A stretch of DNA of 63,703 nt, the filler included, from Octopus bimaculoides (lineage: Eukaryota), in the NCBI RefSeq assembly GCF_001194135.2. It is 6 parts of 5 records of this genome, joined end to end, with 100 filler letters (N's around TTAATTAATTAA, not from the genome) between each part and the next. Parts side by side here need not be neighbours in the genome. Positions count along the whole stretch, not along the records: positions 13,152 to 17,757 come from NW_026439658.1; positions 17,858 to 27,634 come from NC_068982.1; 4 more parts are not named here. One strand, written 5' to 3'. The notes under the pieces were generated by a model. It saw nothing but the letters and a program-made list of their open reading frames with translations. It was not told where the DNA came from and made no database searches. Both the position numbers and the translations under genes were made by a program. Below, piece after piece: positions 13,108 through 26,584 of the stretch; positions within the stretch are counted from its first letter, which is position 1; the number at the start of each line of letters is the position of its first letter.

Positions 13108-13216
13108 NNNNNNNNNNNNNNNNNNNNNNNNNNNNNNNNNNNNNNNNNNNNCTATTTATCTATTTACCTATCTAGCAATCTATCTATTTATCTGTCTGTC
13201 AGTCCGTCTGTTTGTC

Positions 13217-13262
<46 letters not shown>

Positions 13263-14092
13263 CCTCTTTGTCTCTTTATATATCTATCTCTCTGTCTATC
13301 TATCTATCCATCTACCTACCTACCGACCTACCTATATATCTACTTCTCTACTCGTATATCTACAGCAACAACTACTCTCTTCTTCTTCTTCTTCTTCTTT
13401 CTCTCTCTCTCTCACACACACTCACACACACACACACACACTTTACAATGCTGCTTCTCTCCAATCACGCAGAAAATGCATTTCACACACTTTCGTGCTT
13501 CCATACAATATTTGTTAATATATTTCGGAACACTCTCGTTTCTGTTGTATCTTCCGATATTATTCCTATTGTTTTTATTACAGCCGTTGTTGTTGTTTTG
13601 TTGGTATAGTTATTGTTTCTGTAGTAGTAGACGTAGTAGTAGTAGTTGTTTAGCCTCTGATCCCGCCATCACAATCGCCATCATCATCATCATAATTATC
13701 GCCATCGTCTTCATCATCATCTCCACCACCACCATCATCATCATCGCCAACATGATCACCATCATCATCACCATCATCATCATCCTGTCCTCTAATTCAT
13801 CCCGGCCCCTTTTCCACTGTGCCCCTGTCATCGGTGATCAATAGCCGTGCGTCTTAATCGATGTCTTTTTTTCTTATTTTTTTGTTATTTTTTCCGAAAA
13901 CTCACCCACGGTCGATAGTTTCGTCAATCATTCCGTTAACCAATCAATCAATCAATCAATCAATCAGCTGTATTTGCCCAACTGCTTTAGTCGCCATTCG
14001 CGACCACATCAATGACCTTCTTCCCCTCCCCGTTCCAGGTCAGTTCCGAGTCACCGAGACCTACATACAATATATGTTTCTCTCTCTCCCTC

Positions 14093-14135
<43 letters not shown>

Positions 14136-14517
14136 ATATCAACAACAGAGTATTTTTGCATATATGTATATGTGTAGATTATGAATGCATGTTCTGTTTT
14201 GTTTTAAAATATATAAATTCTTCGGTTTCATGAAGTGGTAGTCCCATGGCTATTTAAAATATTAAAATTTTTCTTCCGACAAAGAACTTGGTTTCTAATA
14301 AGCATGCAAAGTTCCATCATTGGAATGTAGATAACGAAAACAATGTCACATTTTAAACTTGAGAAAAGTCTTGTATACTTTTACTGTTCCACTTACAGAT
14401 TGTATTTATGCGTACATGTGTGTGTGTGTATGTTTGTGTGTGTAGAGGGCTTTGCTTTGGGAGTTCCAAGGTTTTCGAGCAAGGTATCCTTTTTCTATCA
14501 ACTTATCTGTATATCTA

Positions 14518-14814
14518 CAAGGTGCCCACAAAGTCTGGGTACATGGAGTAGATAAAATCATAACATAAACAATCAAATATAAGAAATAATAATTTCTTAT
14601 AGTATGTGTTAATCCCCATGTGGGTACATGGAGTAAATAAAATCATAACATAAACAATCAAATATAAGAAATAATAATTTCTTATAGTATGTGTTAATCC
14701 CCATGTGGGTACATGGAGTAAATAAAATCATAACATAAACAATTAAATATAAGAAATAATTATTTCTTAAAGTACGTGTTAATCCCAATGTACCCAGACT
14801 TTGTGGACACCCTG
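14518..14814. mobile_element. Tc1/mariner-type MITE with 26-bp TIRs, TA TSD and an internal 3 x 85-bp tandem repeat
   Basis: TA|CAAGGTGCCCACAAAGTCTGGGTACA ... TGTACCCAGACTTTGTGGACACCCTG|TA. Units start at 14537, 14622 and 14707. Confidence 0.85.
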
Positions 14815-17183
14815 TATATACTCGTTTTTCTGTCTACTTAACTTTCTATCTGACTATCTATCTATCTGTCTATCTAACTCATTCTCTATATATTTATTTA
14901 TCTCTCAATCTATCCATCTATCTATCTGTCGGTCCGTTTGTTTCTCTCTCTTTCTATATATATGTATGTATGTATCTATCTATCTATCTCTTTATCTATC
15001 TATTTATCATTCTATCTTTTCATCTAAGTACCTAGCTCCCTATGTATCTATTTGTCTATATATTTGCCTATCTGTATCTTCCTGTAACTATCTTTCTACC
15101 TGTCTATCGATCTATGTAAGTGTCTGTCCCTCTTTCTAACTGTTACTCTATTTATTTCTCAAACTCTCTAATTATCTATCTATTTACCTATCTATCTTTC
15201 TATCTATCTGTGTGTTTATCTGTATATCTATCAATCTAACTAACTAACAATCTCTCTTTCTCTGTGTATTTATCTACTCGTCGCAACCTCCCCCTGGTCT
15301 ATGATGCTATGTCTGTCTGTGTGTCATGCAATATGAAAGATGTGAAATCAAGTGTGAAACAATATGGCCGACACACTGTCAATATCTCCAGGTGGTTTCG
15401 TCAAAATGAACCACTGCCTTATACGGTCAACAACAACAACAACAGCAGCAGCAGCAAACAGGAATAATATCAATAAAGTTGGTGATGATGGTGGTGAGAA
15501 TGAGGAGGAGGAGGAGAGGGCTGGGGAAGGAGTGGGGATATTGAGGCTGTCGATCATAATGATGATGATGATGTTGATGGTGGTGGTGATGAGTTATAAA
15601 TTAAGTCCATTGCCACAAACATTTAGTGGTTGGGTTTTCTATTATAATTTCATTGACATCTTGGATGTTTTCATAGGAATATTAAATCTACCCCAGTATG
15701 TCACTGCTACTTTATTTTATCCACCCCACAATGATGAGAGATAAATTAGTCTTATTTTGTAATTCCATTCTCACCCAGCATATTTTGTAAGAATATTTTA
15801 AAATGAATATGGATGTAACACATGCAAAGTATTAATAAGACGCTGGTAGAAGGAAGAGAGTGGTTGTTTTACGTTTCGAGCAAAGGCTCTTCTTCGGAGA
15901 AAGGAAGCATAGGAAAGTCCACAAGAAAAGGAAGAAGGAGGAAAAACTCGCTAACATATATATATATATATATATACACATACATACACATATATATGCG
16001 TGTGTGTGTGTGTATATGTGTGTGTACATACATACATACATACATACNNNNNNNNNNNNNNNNNNNNNNNNNNNNNNNNNNNNNNNNNNNNNNNNNNNNN
16101 NNNNNNNNNNNNNNNNNNNNNNNNNNNNNNNNNNNNNNNNNNNNNNNNNNNNNNNNNNNNNNNNNNNNNNNNNNNNNNNNNNNNNNNNNNNNNNNNNNNN
16201 NNNNNNNNNNNNNNNNNNNNNNNNNNNNNNNNNNNNNNNNNNNNNNNNNNNNNNNNNNNNNNNNNNNNNNNNNNNNNNNNNNNNNNNNNNNNNNNNNNNN
16301 NNNNNNNNNNNNNNNNNNNNNNNNNNNNNNNNNNNNNNNNNNNNNNNNNNNNNNNNNNNNNNNNNNNNNNNNNNNNNNNNNNNNNNNNNNNNNNNNNNNN
16401 NNNNNNNNNNNNNNNNNNNNNNNNNNNNNNNNNNNNNNNNNNNNNNNNNNNNNNNNNNNNNNNNNNNNNNNNNNNNNNNNNNNNNNNNNNNNNNNNNNNN
16501 NNNNNNNNNNNNNNNNNNNNNNNNNNNNNNNNNNNNNNNNNNNNNNNNNNNNNNNNNNNNNNNNNNNNNNNNNNNNNNNNNNNNNNNNNNNNNNNNNNNN
16601 NNNNNNNNNATTAACGTGTAGGTGGCTGAATATCTCTCAGAAACCTATTCCTTTTGCAAAATATAAAACCTGTTTGAGAATATGTGTGTTAAACCCTCTA
16701 CCTTGTGAATTATGGTTGCAATCCACTCACAGGGCTTCAACAAAGTTTCCGTCTATATAATTTGACTTAAAAACTGTAGCTAGATACGAGGCTATAAAAA
16801 ATGGTATTTTTCCCGTAGAGGGACCGAACCTGGTATCACGTTGTTGCTAAGCGGACTTCTTACACATCCATCTATACAGCATTTACATGTGTGTGTGTTT
16901 TTATATGTATGTATGTATATATATATATATAAACATACATGTATATATATATAGGTAGACGCGTAATATATATATATACAGACACATATACAAACAGACA
17001 CACATATATAGATTTATACAACATACACAAAGCAATTATATATATATATATATGCATGTATGTATATTTATAATGCATATACATATACGTACATACATAC
17101 ATCCATACAAAGAACACACATACACACACAACAGCTTACATACACATACATATACAGATATAAATTTATATATACATACATCC

Positions 17184-17214
<31 letters not shown>

Positions 17215-17726
17215 TTAAAATATATTGCTATAAACACACTACACACACACATACACAAATTTACTATTCTTCATTTCCACTTGTATGTCATAAACACAAT
17301 AAGCCTTCATCAAAACAGAAAATACACACAAAAAAGAAAACACAAAATCTCCCTCGAAGCTATTGCAAACAGTCACTGATCTGCTCATTGTCCGATTTTA
17401 ATAAACCAATGCTTTTTAGCTAATGGTGGAAATGACTTCCTCTGCAAACCGGAAGTTTGTTTGTTCCACCATCTTCTTAGATCTCCATGTTGTTATCTGT
17501 TTGAAGTTGTTCTTCAAATATGTTTCGGGAAGAAGAACAAAAAATATAGAATTTTAATCGCCAGGTCTCGCTTTTTGTGTGACAGTCTCTCGCTATATAT
17601 GTATCTATATGAATATATGTGTGTGTATGTGATTTTATATGTATGCATATGATATATATATATATATATATATATGCAAATAAATTAGAAAGACAGACAG
17701 ACGGACAGCAAACAGATAGATAGATG

Positions 17727-17757
<31 letters not shown>

Positions 17758-17904
17758 NNNNNNNNNNNNNNNNNNNNNNNNNNNNNNNNNNNNNNNNNNN
17801 NTTAATTAATTAANNNNNNNNNNNNNNNNNNNNNNNNNNNNNNNNNNNNNNNNNNNNTATATATATATATATATATATATATCGAAAGAGAGAGTAAGAT
17901 GTAT

Positions 17905-17944
<40 letters not shown>

Positions 17945-18226
17945 CTAAGAGCAAAAGAAAAAATCCTTTATATATATTATTGATAATGCCGAAAATAACT
18001 CGTAAATACGCCAGCAAGATTCGAACATGCCACCTTCTGTAAAACTTTCATTTGTTATTACCGCATCACCCAAGCGCTATGACAACCCTCACCAACGAAA
18101 TTATTAAAATTCAACTAAGTAGCTATGATTTCATACTAGTGACCCAACAATGAGTATCCCATGCCACCCGATAACAACCTATATTATTGCGTGTGTATGT
18201 AATGCATACATTCATAATTAGAACGA

Positions 18227-18263
<37 letters not shown>

Positions 18264-18434
18264 CGTAAGAGGGAGGAGGGAAAATAAGAGTGATACATGA
18301 GAAAGAGGCAAAGCAATACATATAGATAATGATGTGCACATTAGTAGGATGTATAGCTGGAAATTATCTTAAAGAAACAAGTAGACATCTAATTGTCTAT
18401 TTACATGAAATAATGAGGAGTGCATATACATACA

Positions 18435-18466
<32 letters not shown>

Positions 18467-18479
18467 CATATATATATAC

Positions 18480-18567
<88 letters not shown>

Positions 18568-20471
18568 CACACACATTTGTATATATAAATGTATTTACAT
18601 ATATATATGTATATGTGCGAATGCATTTATAGAATGTATACGTACATATAAAATTATATATATATATATATATGCTCGCACGCACATGTATAAACGTTAC
18701 ACAGATATGAATTGTATCGAGTGTGCAAAGCATTATGTAAATGATATGTAGTGTTGTATTATGCATATGTATGGCTGTGTTGAGGCTATTTAGAAACGTA
18801 TCATTTCCATATACATATGCATTATGGATATATGTTGCAGTATCTGCTGAATCGAGACGATCGATGGCCGAAGCTTGGCTCATTAGTATCGAGTTCTTAG
18901 TTGGATCTGGCAATATTCTCCACGTTGATAAAATTATATCTCATACATACATATGTTTTGCGTTTTACAAACTTGTGGCTAAATGCAGTTGTGAATGTAC
19001 ATTGGTGTGCATGGTCTCAGTATGGCCGAAATGTTAAGAATTTCGCTTCATAAGCAAGAATTTTGGGTTCATTCCTACCTCTTATCCATCACTATTGCTT
19101 CCTGTCACCTGACTTTTAACATGTTTTTTTTTTTTGTCGAAACAAGGTTTCTGAGTGAAACTGATGTAAGAGGATGCGTTTAGATGCGTTTTCGGATGGA
19201 TCGTACTTAATTTGAAAGTGTTAGTAAGTTCATAACACACTACCATTATGACCCTACCCGAGAAATACTTCAAAGACACACGTTGCCGTGGACTTTTAAG
19301 CTATTTAAACTCACAAGTATATTGAGCAAAGTAGTTTCGTCGATTGAAAGCGATGGGGCGGATAGGATCATCGAAAGCGATGGGGATCCTTCTATTTATG
19401 TATAAGTGTGTCTGTCTGACGTATACACGTTTCTATGGACGATAATCTCTAGTTAAACCTCTCTATGTTATATCGAGTTGTCACCACTCATATCAGCTCA
19501 GATATGATACCTATTTCCACCGTAAATTCTATGGACTGATTGATAGCCATTCTGATAGTAGTGTGAAATCACTCTATGTATGAAATACTTTGTTTACGCA
19601 AATATACAAGAAAATGTGTGTAGAATAAATACATTAATGTATTAGTATGCATGACTATAAATGTGGATTTATAATACGTATTGCTATACATTAATATATG
19701 CGTACGTGCCTATGACAATGAATATTTAATGTGCATATTCATATATTAGATACATAAATATTAAAATGGGGACACAGAAATTCTAGAAACCATTACATGT
19801 ATACAGGGGATAAATACGAACCCAACTTCTCGCTATAAGGAAGATTATGATACTACTAAATTCTTCAGAGGTTATATTTAATGATTTATTTGTAGTTGGC
19901 ACAAAGCGAAACGCATAAAATCGATATTATAAATTCTAACATCTTATTCGTGTTAATCGAATTATTAACTCTAGAGAGATAAAAGTGGATGTCAACCCAA
20001 CGGGGAATTGAACTCAGGATGGTGAGTCATCGAACGACTGATGTCTGGTTTCCTTAACCATATCAGTCAGTTCTCTACTAATTCAGGAACCTTGAAGACC
20101 TCGCCACAAAACCAAACACAAAATATTACAAATATCAGTAATGATGGATAAATATCTTTACACATAAACCTCCAACAACCGATGATGAATATTGATCGAC
20201 AACATAGCAATGGCGGCAGATGTGTTTGTAATGCGTGCATTAGTTATATAATCTCATTTCACATAATTACCAGATCGATTGCTGAAATAGATAAATGAAT
20301 GAATACACACCGCCACACACACATATAGATAGATAGTTACAAATTATAGATATATAGAAATATATATATACACACATATACATATATAAGTAAATACATA
20401 CATACATTGTACCTATGCATGTATGGGCTCATCAATATACATATATATATATATATATATANNNNNNNNNN

Positions 20472-21034
20472 GGTGTTAATTTGCTTCAGCTTTATATTAC
20501 ATTATATTACATTAATCCTATTTCGGCCAGAGTTCTTTCGTCACACTTCTGTGACCTCATCAGTGGTGCTTTGCTTTCTCCTTTCTTCTTTGTGTCTCAC
20601 CTTGCTAACTATCAGCCATTATTGTAATTTGTATTCCTATTGTATATGTCTACGCCTACGTATCCTTGAATGTGTCTATGTTTTTGTAAGTGCATGTGTG
20701 TGTATGTGGAGTGTTTCTACCATCTATATCCTCTGTTAATACATGTTCGTTTGTTTCTGTTTTTATTTATTTGTTCATGTGTTTATATCTACTTTTTTTT
20801 TGTATTTAATTAATTTTGTTAACGTATGTAGTATTTAATTCCATTTGTTTATCTGTGTATTGTATTATATTTTGTTCATATTGTTATTGGTTTATGGGGA
20901 ACGTATTGTCATATGTTATGATTTGTGGTTTGTTAGGGGTGTGTGTTAGTGTTCCATTCTAGTTTCCTATTCAGGCTAGGTTTATCTTCTATTATGTGTG
21001 TAGCTTCTGTAATTTGTCTAAGTGCTGCGTCTCT
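20472..21034 (-). mobile_element. Penelope-like element 3' end (GIY-YIG C-terminal helix, 3' UTR, hammerhead motif)
   Basis: Minus-strand RDAALRQITEATHIIEDKPSLNRKLEW* resembles the PLE C-terminal R..EA.HI...KPSLNR motif. Downstream are an HHR core and an (AATGTAAT)-type tail. The upstream part is lost in the gap. Confidence 0.65.
20527..20566 (-). ncRNA. Minimal type I hammerhead ribozyme-like motif
   Basis: CCA-CUGAUGA-G-GUCAC(AGAAGU)GUGAC-GAAA-G(AA)CU-C-UGG: 3-bp stem I, 5-bp stem II, 2-bp stem III, CUC cleavage triplet. Confidence 0.55.
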
Positions 21035-22475
21035 NNNNNNNNNNNNNNNNNNNNNNNNNNNNNNNNNNNNNNNNNNNNNNNNNNNNNNNNNNNNNNNNNN
21101 NNNNNNNNNNNNNNNNNNNNNNNNNNNNNNNNNNNNNNNNNNNNNNNNNNNNNNNNNNNNNNNNNNNNNNNNNNNNNNNNNNNNNNNNNNNNNNNNNNNN
21201 NNNNNNNNNNNNNNNNNNNNNNNNNNNNNNNNNNNNNNNNNNNNNNNNNNNNNNNNNNNNNNNNNNNNNNNNNNNNNNNNNNNNNNNNNNNNNNNNNNNN
21301 NNNNNNNNNNNNNNNNNNNNNNNNNNNNNNNNNNNNNNNNNNNNNNNNNNNNNNNNNNNNNNNNNNNNNNNNNNNNNNNNNNNNNNNNNNNNNNNNNNNN
21401 NNNNNNNNNNNNNNNNNNNNNNNNNNNNNNNNNNNNNNNNNNNNNNNNNNNNNNNNNNNNNNNNNNNNNNNNNNNNNNNNNNNNNNNNNNNATATATATA
21501 TATATATACACATGTATGTGTAAGTATATATGTATCTATTTGTATATGTTTGTGCCCGTGTGTGTATCATTACATATGATTTGTACATAGCTTTACAGTA
21601 GGTCTTCGTCCAATTCACCCCCCCCCCCCATATAACACAAAATATCAAAACATATACTGTCACAACTAACACAAACATAGGAAAATTGTTTCATCGATAA
21701 TTTAAGATTCTTAGCCCGACGAGCCTATTTAACCTGGCGAGTCTATTTCATGCGTCTAAATTTCACGAAGCTGCTTTTAAGTTAGATATTACTGTCCACT
21801 TCTTTATCAAAAAATGAAACGGAAGAATAAATAATATATATTAACAACAGTTTCAACAACTAAGTTCTATCGTTAACAAATCCTAGTAAAATACGTAAGC
21901 GCCTATTCACAAATAAAGCCTGTGTCACCAGAGCATGACAATATTCCAGTTGATGTTGAGAGACTTCTAAGTTAAAATTCAGTAAATGTTAATATCAAAA
22001 GTAGGCCTACAAATACTAAGTAACATGTTTTTACACTTTCGTCTAGTCTCCATATTTATATAAATCTCGCTAATGAACCGTTTCATTTTTTTTAGAAAAC
22101 ACCTTCTTCCAGGAACCAATGATATAAAAAAATAAAAAAATTGAAGGCGCACATCGTCAAACTTTACCTTATTTCAAGCAACCTAAACAAACAGCAACAG
22201 TTTTTCAGGCATGAGTATCTTCAGCCTTTCTCTGAAATTCGACAGTATAAAGCCGACAAGTTGTCCGACAAATAAATTTTACTATAGAGAATTTGTTATG
22301 TTCCCTGTGGTTATATTGGCCAAGAAAATGTCCTTATCCATATTTCAAAGCGACTTAAATCTGAATACACGTGTATGTGTGAATGTGTGTTCGTGCTTGT
22401 ATATGAAAGTAAACAGATATATACATATACTATTATATGTATGTGTGTAGAAATATAATTATATATCCTTATATG

Positions 22476-22518
<43 letters not shown>

Positions 22519-22599
22519 AACAATATATGAGTATATGCATATATATGTACATGTATGTACATACCTTCATCTACATGTACATATAGATACATAACTGTG

Positions 22600-22833
22600 T
22601 ACATGACGCGGCAAAAGAACATGGACAAACTGATAAACAAGGTACAACAAACAAGCAAGCCACATAGAAACATCTCCTTCATCAGCTGCCACCATTAAAA
22701 CACCGGCATTTCGAAGAATTAAGGCAGTACGCATCGTTGAAATGGTTCTTCCCACGAACACAAATTAAATTATTTTCGTGGAGGGTAGTGGCAGATGGAA
22801 AACGAGACAGGAAAACGAAACGGTGAATGAACA
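22600..22833 (-). mobile_element. Second copy of the unclassified repeat at 8830-9095
   Basis: Reverse-complement alignment described for 8830-9095. Confidence 0.6.
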
Positions 22834-23546
22834 NNNNNNNNNNNNNNNNNNNNNNNNNNNNNNNNNNNNNNNNNNNNNNNNNNNNNNNNNNNNNNNNNNN
22901 NNNNNNNNNNNNNNNNNNNNNNNNNNNNNNNNNNNNNNNNNNNNNNNNNNNNNNNNNNNNNNNNNNNNNNNNNNNNNNNNNNNNNNNNNNNNNNNNNNNN
23001 NNNNNNNNNNNNNNNNNNNNNNNNNNNNNNNNNNNNNNNNNNNNNNNNNNNNNNNNNNNNNNNNNNNNNNNNNNNNNNNNNNNNNNNNNNNNNNNNNNNN
23101 NNNNNNNNNNNNNNNNNNNNNNNNNNNNNNNNNNNNNNNNNNNNNNNNNNNNNNNNNNNNNNNNNNNNNNNNNNNNNNNNNNNNNNNNNNNNNNNNNNNN
23201 NNNNNNNNNNNNNNNNNNNNNNNNNNNNNNNNNNNNNNNNNNNNNNNNNNNNNNNNNNNNNNNNNNNNNNNNNNNNNNNNNNNNNNNNNNNNNNNNNNNN
23301 NNNNNNNNNNNNNNNNNNNNNNNNNNNNNNNNNNNNNNNNNNNNNNNNNNNNNNNNNNNNNNNNNNNNNNNNNNNNNNNNNNNNNNNNNNNNNNNNNNNN
23401 NNNNNNNNNNNNNNNNNNNNNNNNNNNNNNNNNNNNNNNNNNNNNNNNNNNNNNNNNNNNNNNNNNNNNNNNNNNNNNNNNNNNNNNNNNNNNNNNNNNN
23501 NNNNNNNNNNNNNNNNNNNNNNNNNNNNNNNNNNNNNNNNNNNNNN

Positions 23547-23605
<59 letters not shown>

Positions 23606-25349
23606 TATACTTGTATAAACAATTACATAATATACATTATATGTATATATAAAAGAATATATACAGATATTCACATAGATATGCGCATATAACTGTAGAG
23701 GAATATTTATATACATTTTTACGCTTCTAATTCATTGGTTTATATATAATTGCCTCTATTTATACAGTTTATGTGAATTTATGATTTTGATATTTATAAA
23801 ATGTTTGTGTTTTTCAAATGCACTTTTATAACTTTCTATTGCTATGTTCATATGTATAATCTACTTCATTTTGTACATTCTTAATTCATAAAGATATATA
23901 TGTATATAATGCTTTTGTATCTGTATATCATATTTATGAGCATATCAGTACATGTGTACATAGGTTCGTATTCATAATGTCTTCATATCTATGTTTATAT
24001 GCCTATACAGGCATGTACTTTTGTCTGTGTATGCTTGCGTATGTTTATATATATATATATATATATATACGCACACTCACACAAACATATACACACAATA
24101 CACACAAACACACGTATAAATATATATGCATTTTTGTATGCATATATTCATGTATGTCTTAATATCTTTGTGTGTGTGTGTGTGTGTTTGTGTACAAGTC
24201 CGCATATACGACCAGCAGCTCATTATTACTAGGACGTGATACACTTCTGGTTGTGTTTGTTTATTCTTCCTAGGACATATGATATCGTACATCATATTTA
24301 TGCGACCAAACGTTGGAGAAAACGATCGCTAACTGCCACAGATCGCCATCATGCACCATGTGATATATGTATTTCTCAACCGATTTCTGCTCCAGATACC
24401 ATTACTTGCTATGAGCCTGAAGGTTCCCTGCTTTTGTAAAACTATAAAACTATTTTTCCTTTTATTCTTTTGTATCTGCATATCTTTGTATTGCATCTCC
24501 TGTAATATGCGCCGACATAAATATCGCAGATGATAGCAGCATCTTTTTAAGCATAGATAACTAAAATATTGACAGCGAATCACCAGAATATTTATAGAGA
24601 TGGGTAAAACACCTTCGTTTCACTTTCCTGCATATGTTCCTAATTTTCCTGTCCTGTGTTCAAATCCCGCCGATGTATACTTTATCCCTTTTCTTTTCTG
24701 GTCTTTAAAATGCTAATTCAACCTGCTGACTTGAACACTGATTGCTTGGCTGGTACATTAAATCCAACGGCCGATTTAATAGCAACACTCTGTCCTCGTT
24801 GACTCCATCAGAGTTAACCCTGATATCAGACTTTTGTACAATTCTCTCTTTCAGACTTGCGCTGTCTCTGGACACGTTCAGTAAACGTTATAAAAGAAAT
24901 GAGAAGATTAAATCACCCAAGAATTTTGATTTTATATTCTTCTAGTTTTTATTTTGGTGCCTGTTGTTCGCCAGTGAACTGTAGCTTTAATTTATACAAA
25001 ACACTATAGTGAGTTTGTTTGTTTTAACCAGAACTAATTTGTAATCGACATTACACCACGCTTCTACAGTGACAGTATCGAAAAGTGCGTTCACTCCTCG
25101 ACGGGAATGTCCCATAATCTGCGGCACTATTTTGTACTCTATCATACACTATGTACCTTCGATTTCTGACGCAGTCGATTTATTTGAAGCAGCGATTCTC
25201 ATAGGAAATTCATGGGAAGTGGGCTGATAAAATGCGATGATTTAGAAAAAATAAAGATATTTTTCATTTTTCATCTCGGAGATGGGCAAAATTTCAAACT
25301 CTAATCAACCACCATAATGAAAAAAGATGAATTAAATGGGCGCAATTTT

Positions 25350-25525
25350 TAATTCGGCGTCACAGAGTGTGACAAAGCTGACTGTGAAATACAGGTACAA
25401 CTCATTTTTGCCAGCTAACTGGACTGGGGCAAAGGAAAATAAAGTGTCTCGCTCAAGAGACACAAGGCGTCCACGGAGATTGAACACACGATCTTACGAT
25501 CGTGAGTTGAATGCCCTAACCACAA
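25350..25525 (-). mobile_element. tRNA-headed SINE related to family B
   Basis: Minus-strand head GTGGTTAGGGCATTCAACTCACGATCGTAAGATCGTGTGTTCAATCTCC; shares the GTCACAGAGTGTGACAA..TACAGGTACAAC module with family B. Confidence 0.6.
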
Positions 25526-25975
25526 ATCCACGCGTCTTTATTATGTATACAAATGTGTATGTGAATGTATTAATACATGTACTAATGAATACATCAAAAT
25601 ATAAAAATTTGGGGGCATTAAAAAAATAAAAGCAAGTTACACATTCACTTGTGTCTATAACACAGCATGTTATGATGAATATTTGATATTTAATATATGT
25701 GGATAATGCAAAGAATAACGTGAATTTGGGATAAAAGATAAGTTAAAACCCCCAAAATGTAAAAAAAAAATAATATAAAATCATACACATAAAAGATATG
25801 AATAGGAAAAATGCATTTTGTATAATATTTGAAGAGGAACTAAATAATGAGTTACAGTCTCAGACATGAAAGAGAGCAAAATAGAAAGATAGCTAAATGT
25901 GGTACGATACTAGTGTTTGAAGTCTGCTGGTATAGTTTAAACAGCAAGGTAAGCTGCAAGATATAGTTAAGTTCT

Positions 25976-26584
25976 AAGAAACTCTCAAGAGACCGGAACA
26001 ACAGAAGGTCTTCAGAGGAGAAACTGCCCCGAGGAATGTGTTCCGGCTCTTAACTTCGTTCACTTGACGTAGACTGGGCCGCATTCAGGTTTTGACTCTT
26101 GGGTGCCTTTCTGCTGACACTTCTTAACCACCTGGATATCGGAGACTTGTGCATTTAAACCGCTTTGAAATTTCATCTAGTCGTGACTCCTCTCCGTTGA
26201 CTCAGCATTCAAACCTATACTTAAACAAGAAATAACATCGGTTGTTATTGTAGCGGTGTGTTAAAATATCAACAAACCAAGCAACCAACATTTTTTATAT
26301 TGGCTATTACTAGCGATAAGAAACTCTTGAAAGGGCTGAACAGTAGAAGGTCCGCAAACGAAGAACCGCCATCAGACAAGTGTATCAGCTATTAACATCT
26401 TACACTCGAAGTGGGTTCAGGTTTCCTGGGTAGCGTTCTGCAGATAATTTTTAGCCACTTGGATATCGGAATCTCGTGCATTTAAACCGCTTGGAGATCT
26501 CATCTAGCTGTAACTCCTCTGCATTGACTCAGCTTTCGAATTTATGTTTAAGAAGACAGAAAGTTTTTTGTCATTGTAGCGATA
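25976..26584. repeat. Diverged tandem duplication, two units of about 340 bp
   Basis: Units start AAGAAACTCT at 25976 and 26318. Shared cores include GGATATCGGA..GTGCATTTAAACCGCTT..TCATCTAG..ACTCCTCT..TTGACTCAGC and TTGTAGCG. Confidence 0.8.

Noticed and set aside
13960-14075. Splice-like site TTCCAG|GTCAGT with a pyrimidine tract
   Set aside because: It could be read as either donor or acceptor; the adjacent peptides are short and unrecognised.
14537-14790. Regular 85-bp repeats as a CRISPR-like array
   Set aside because: The units are entire tandem copies with no unique spacers, sit inside a TA-flanked MITE, and there are no cas genes in a eukaryotic context.
24283-24430. Possible exon after the acceptor TTCTTCCTAG (RTYDIVHHIYATKRWRKR..)
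   Set aside because: No convincing donor and no recognisable homology.
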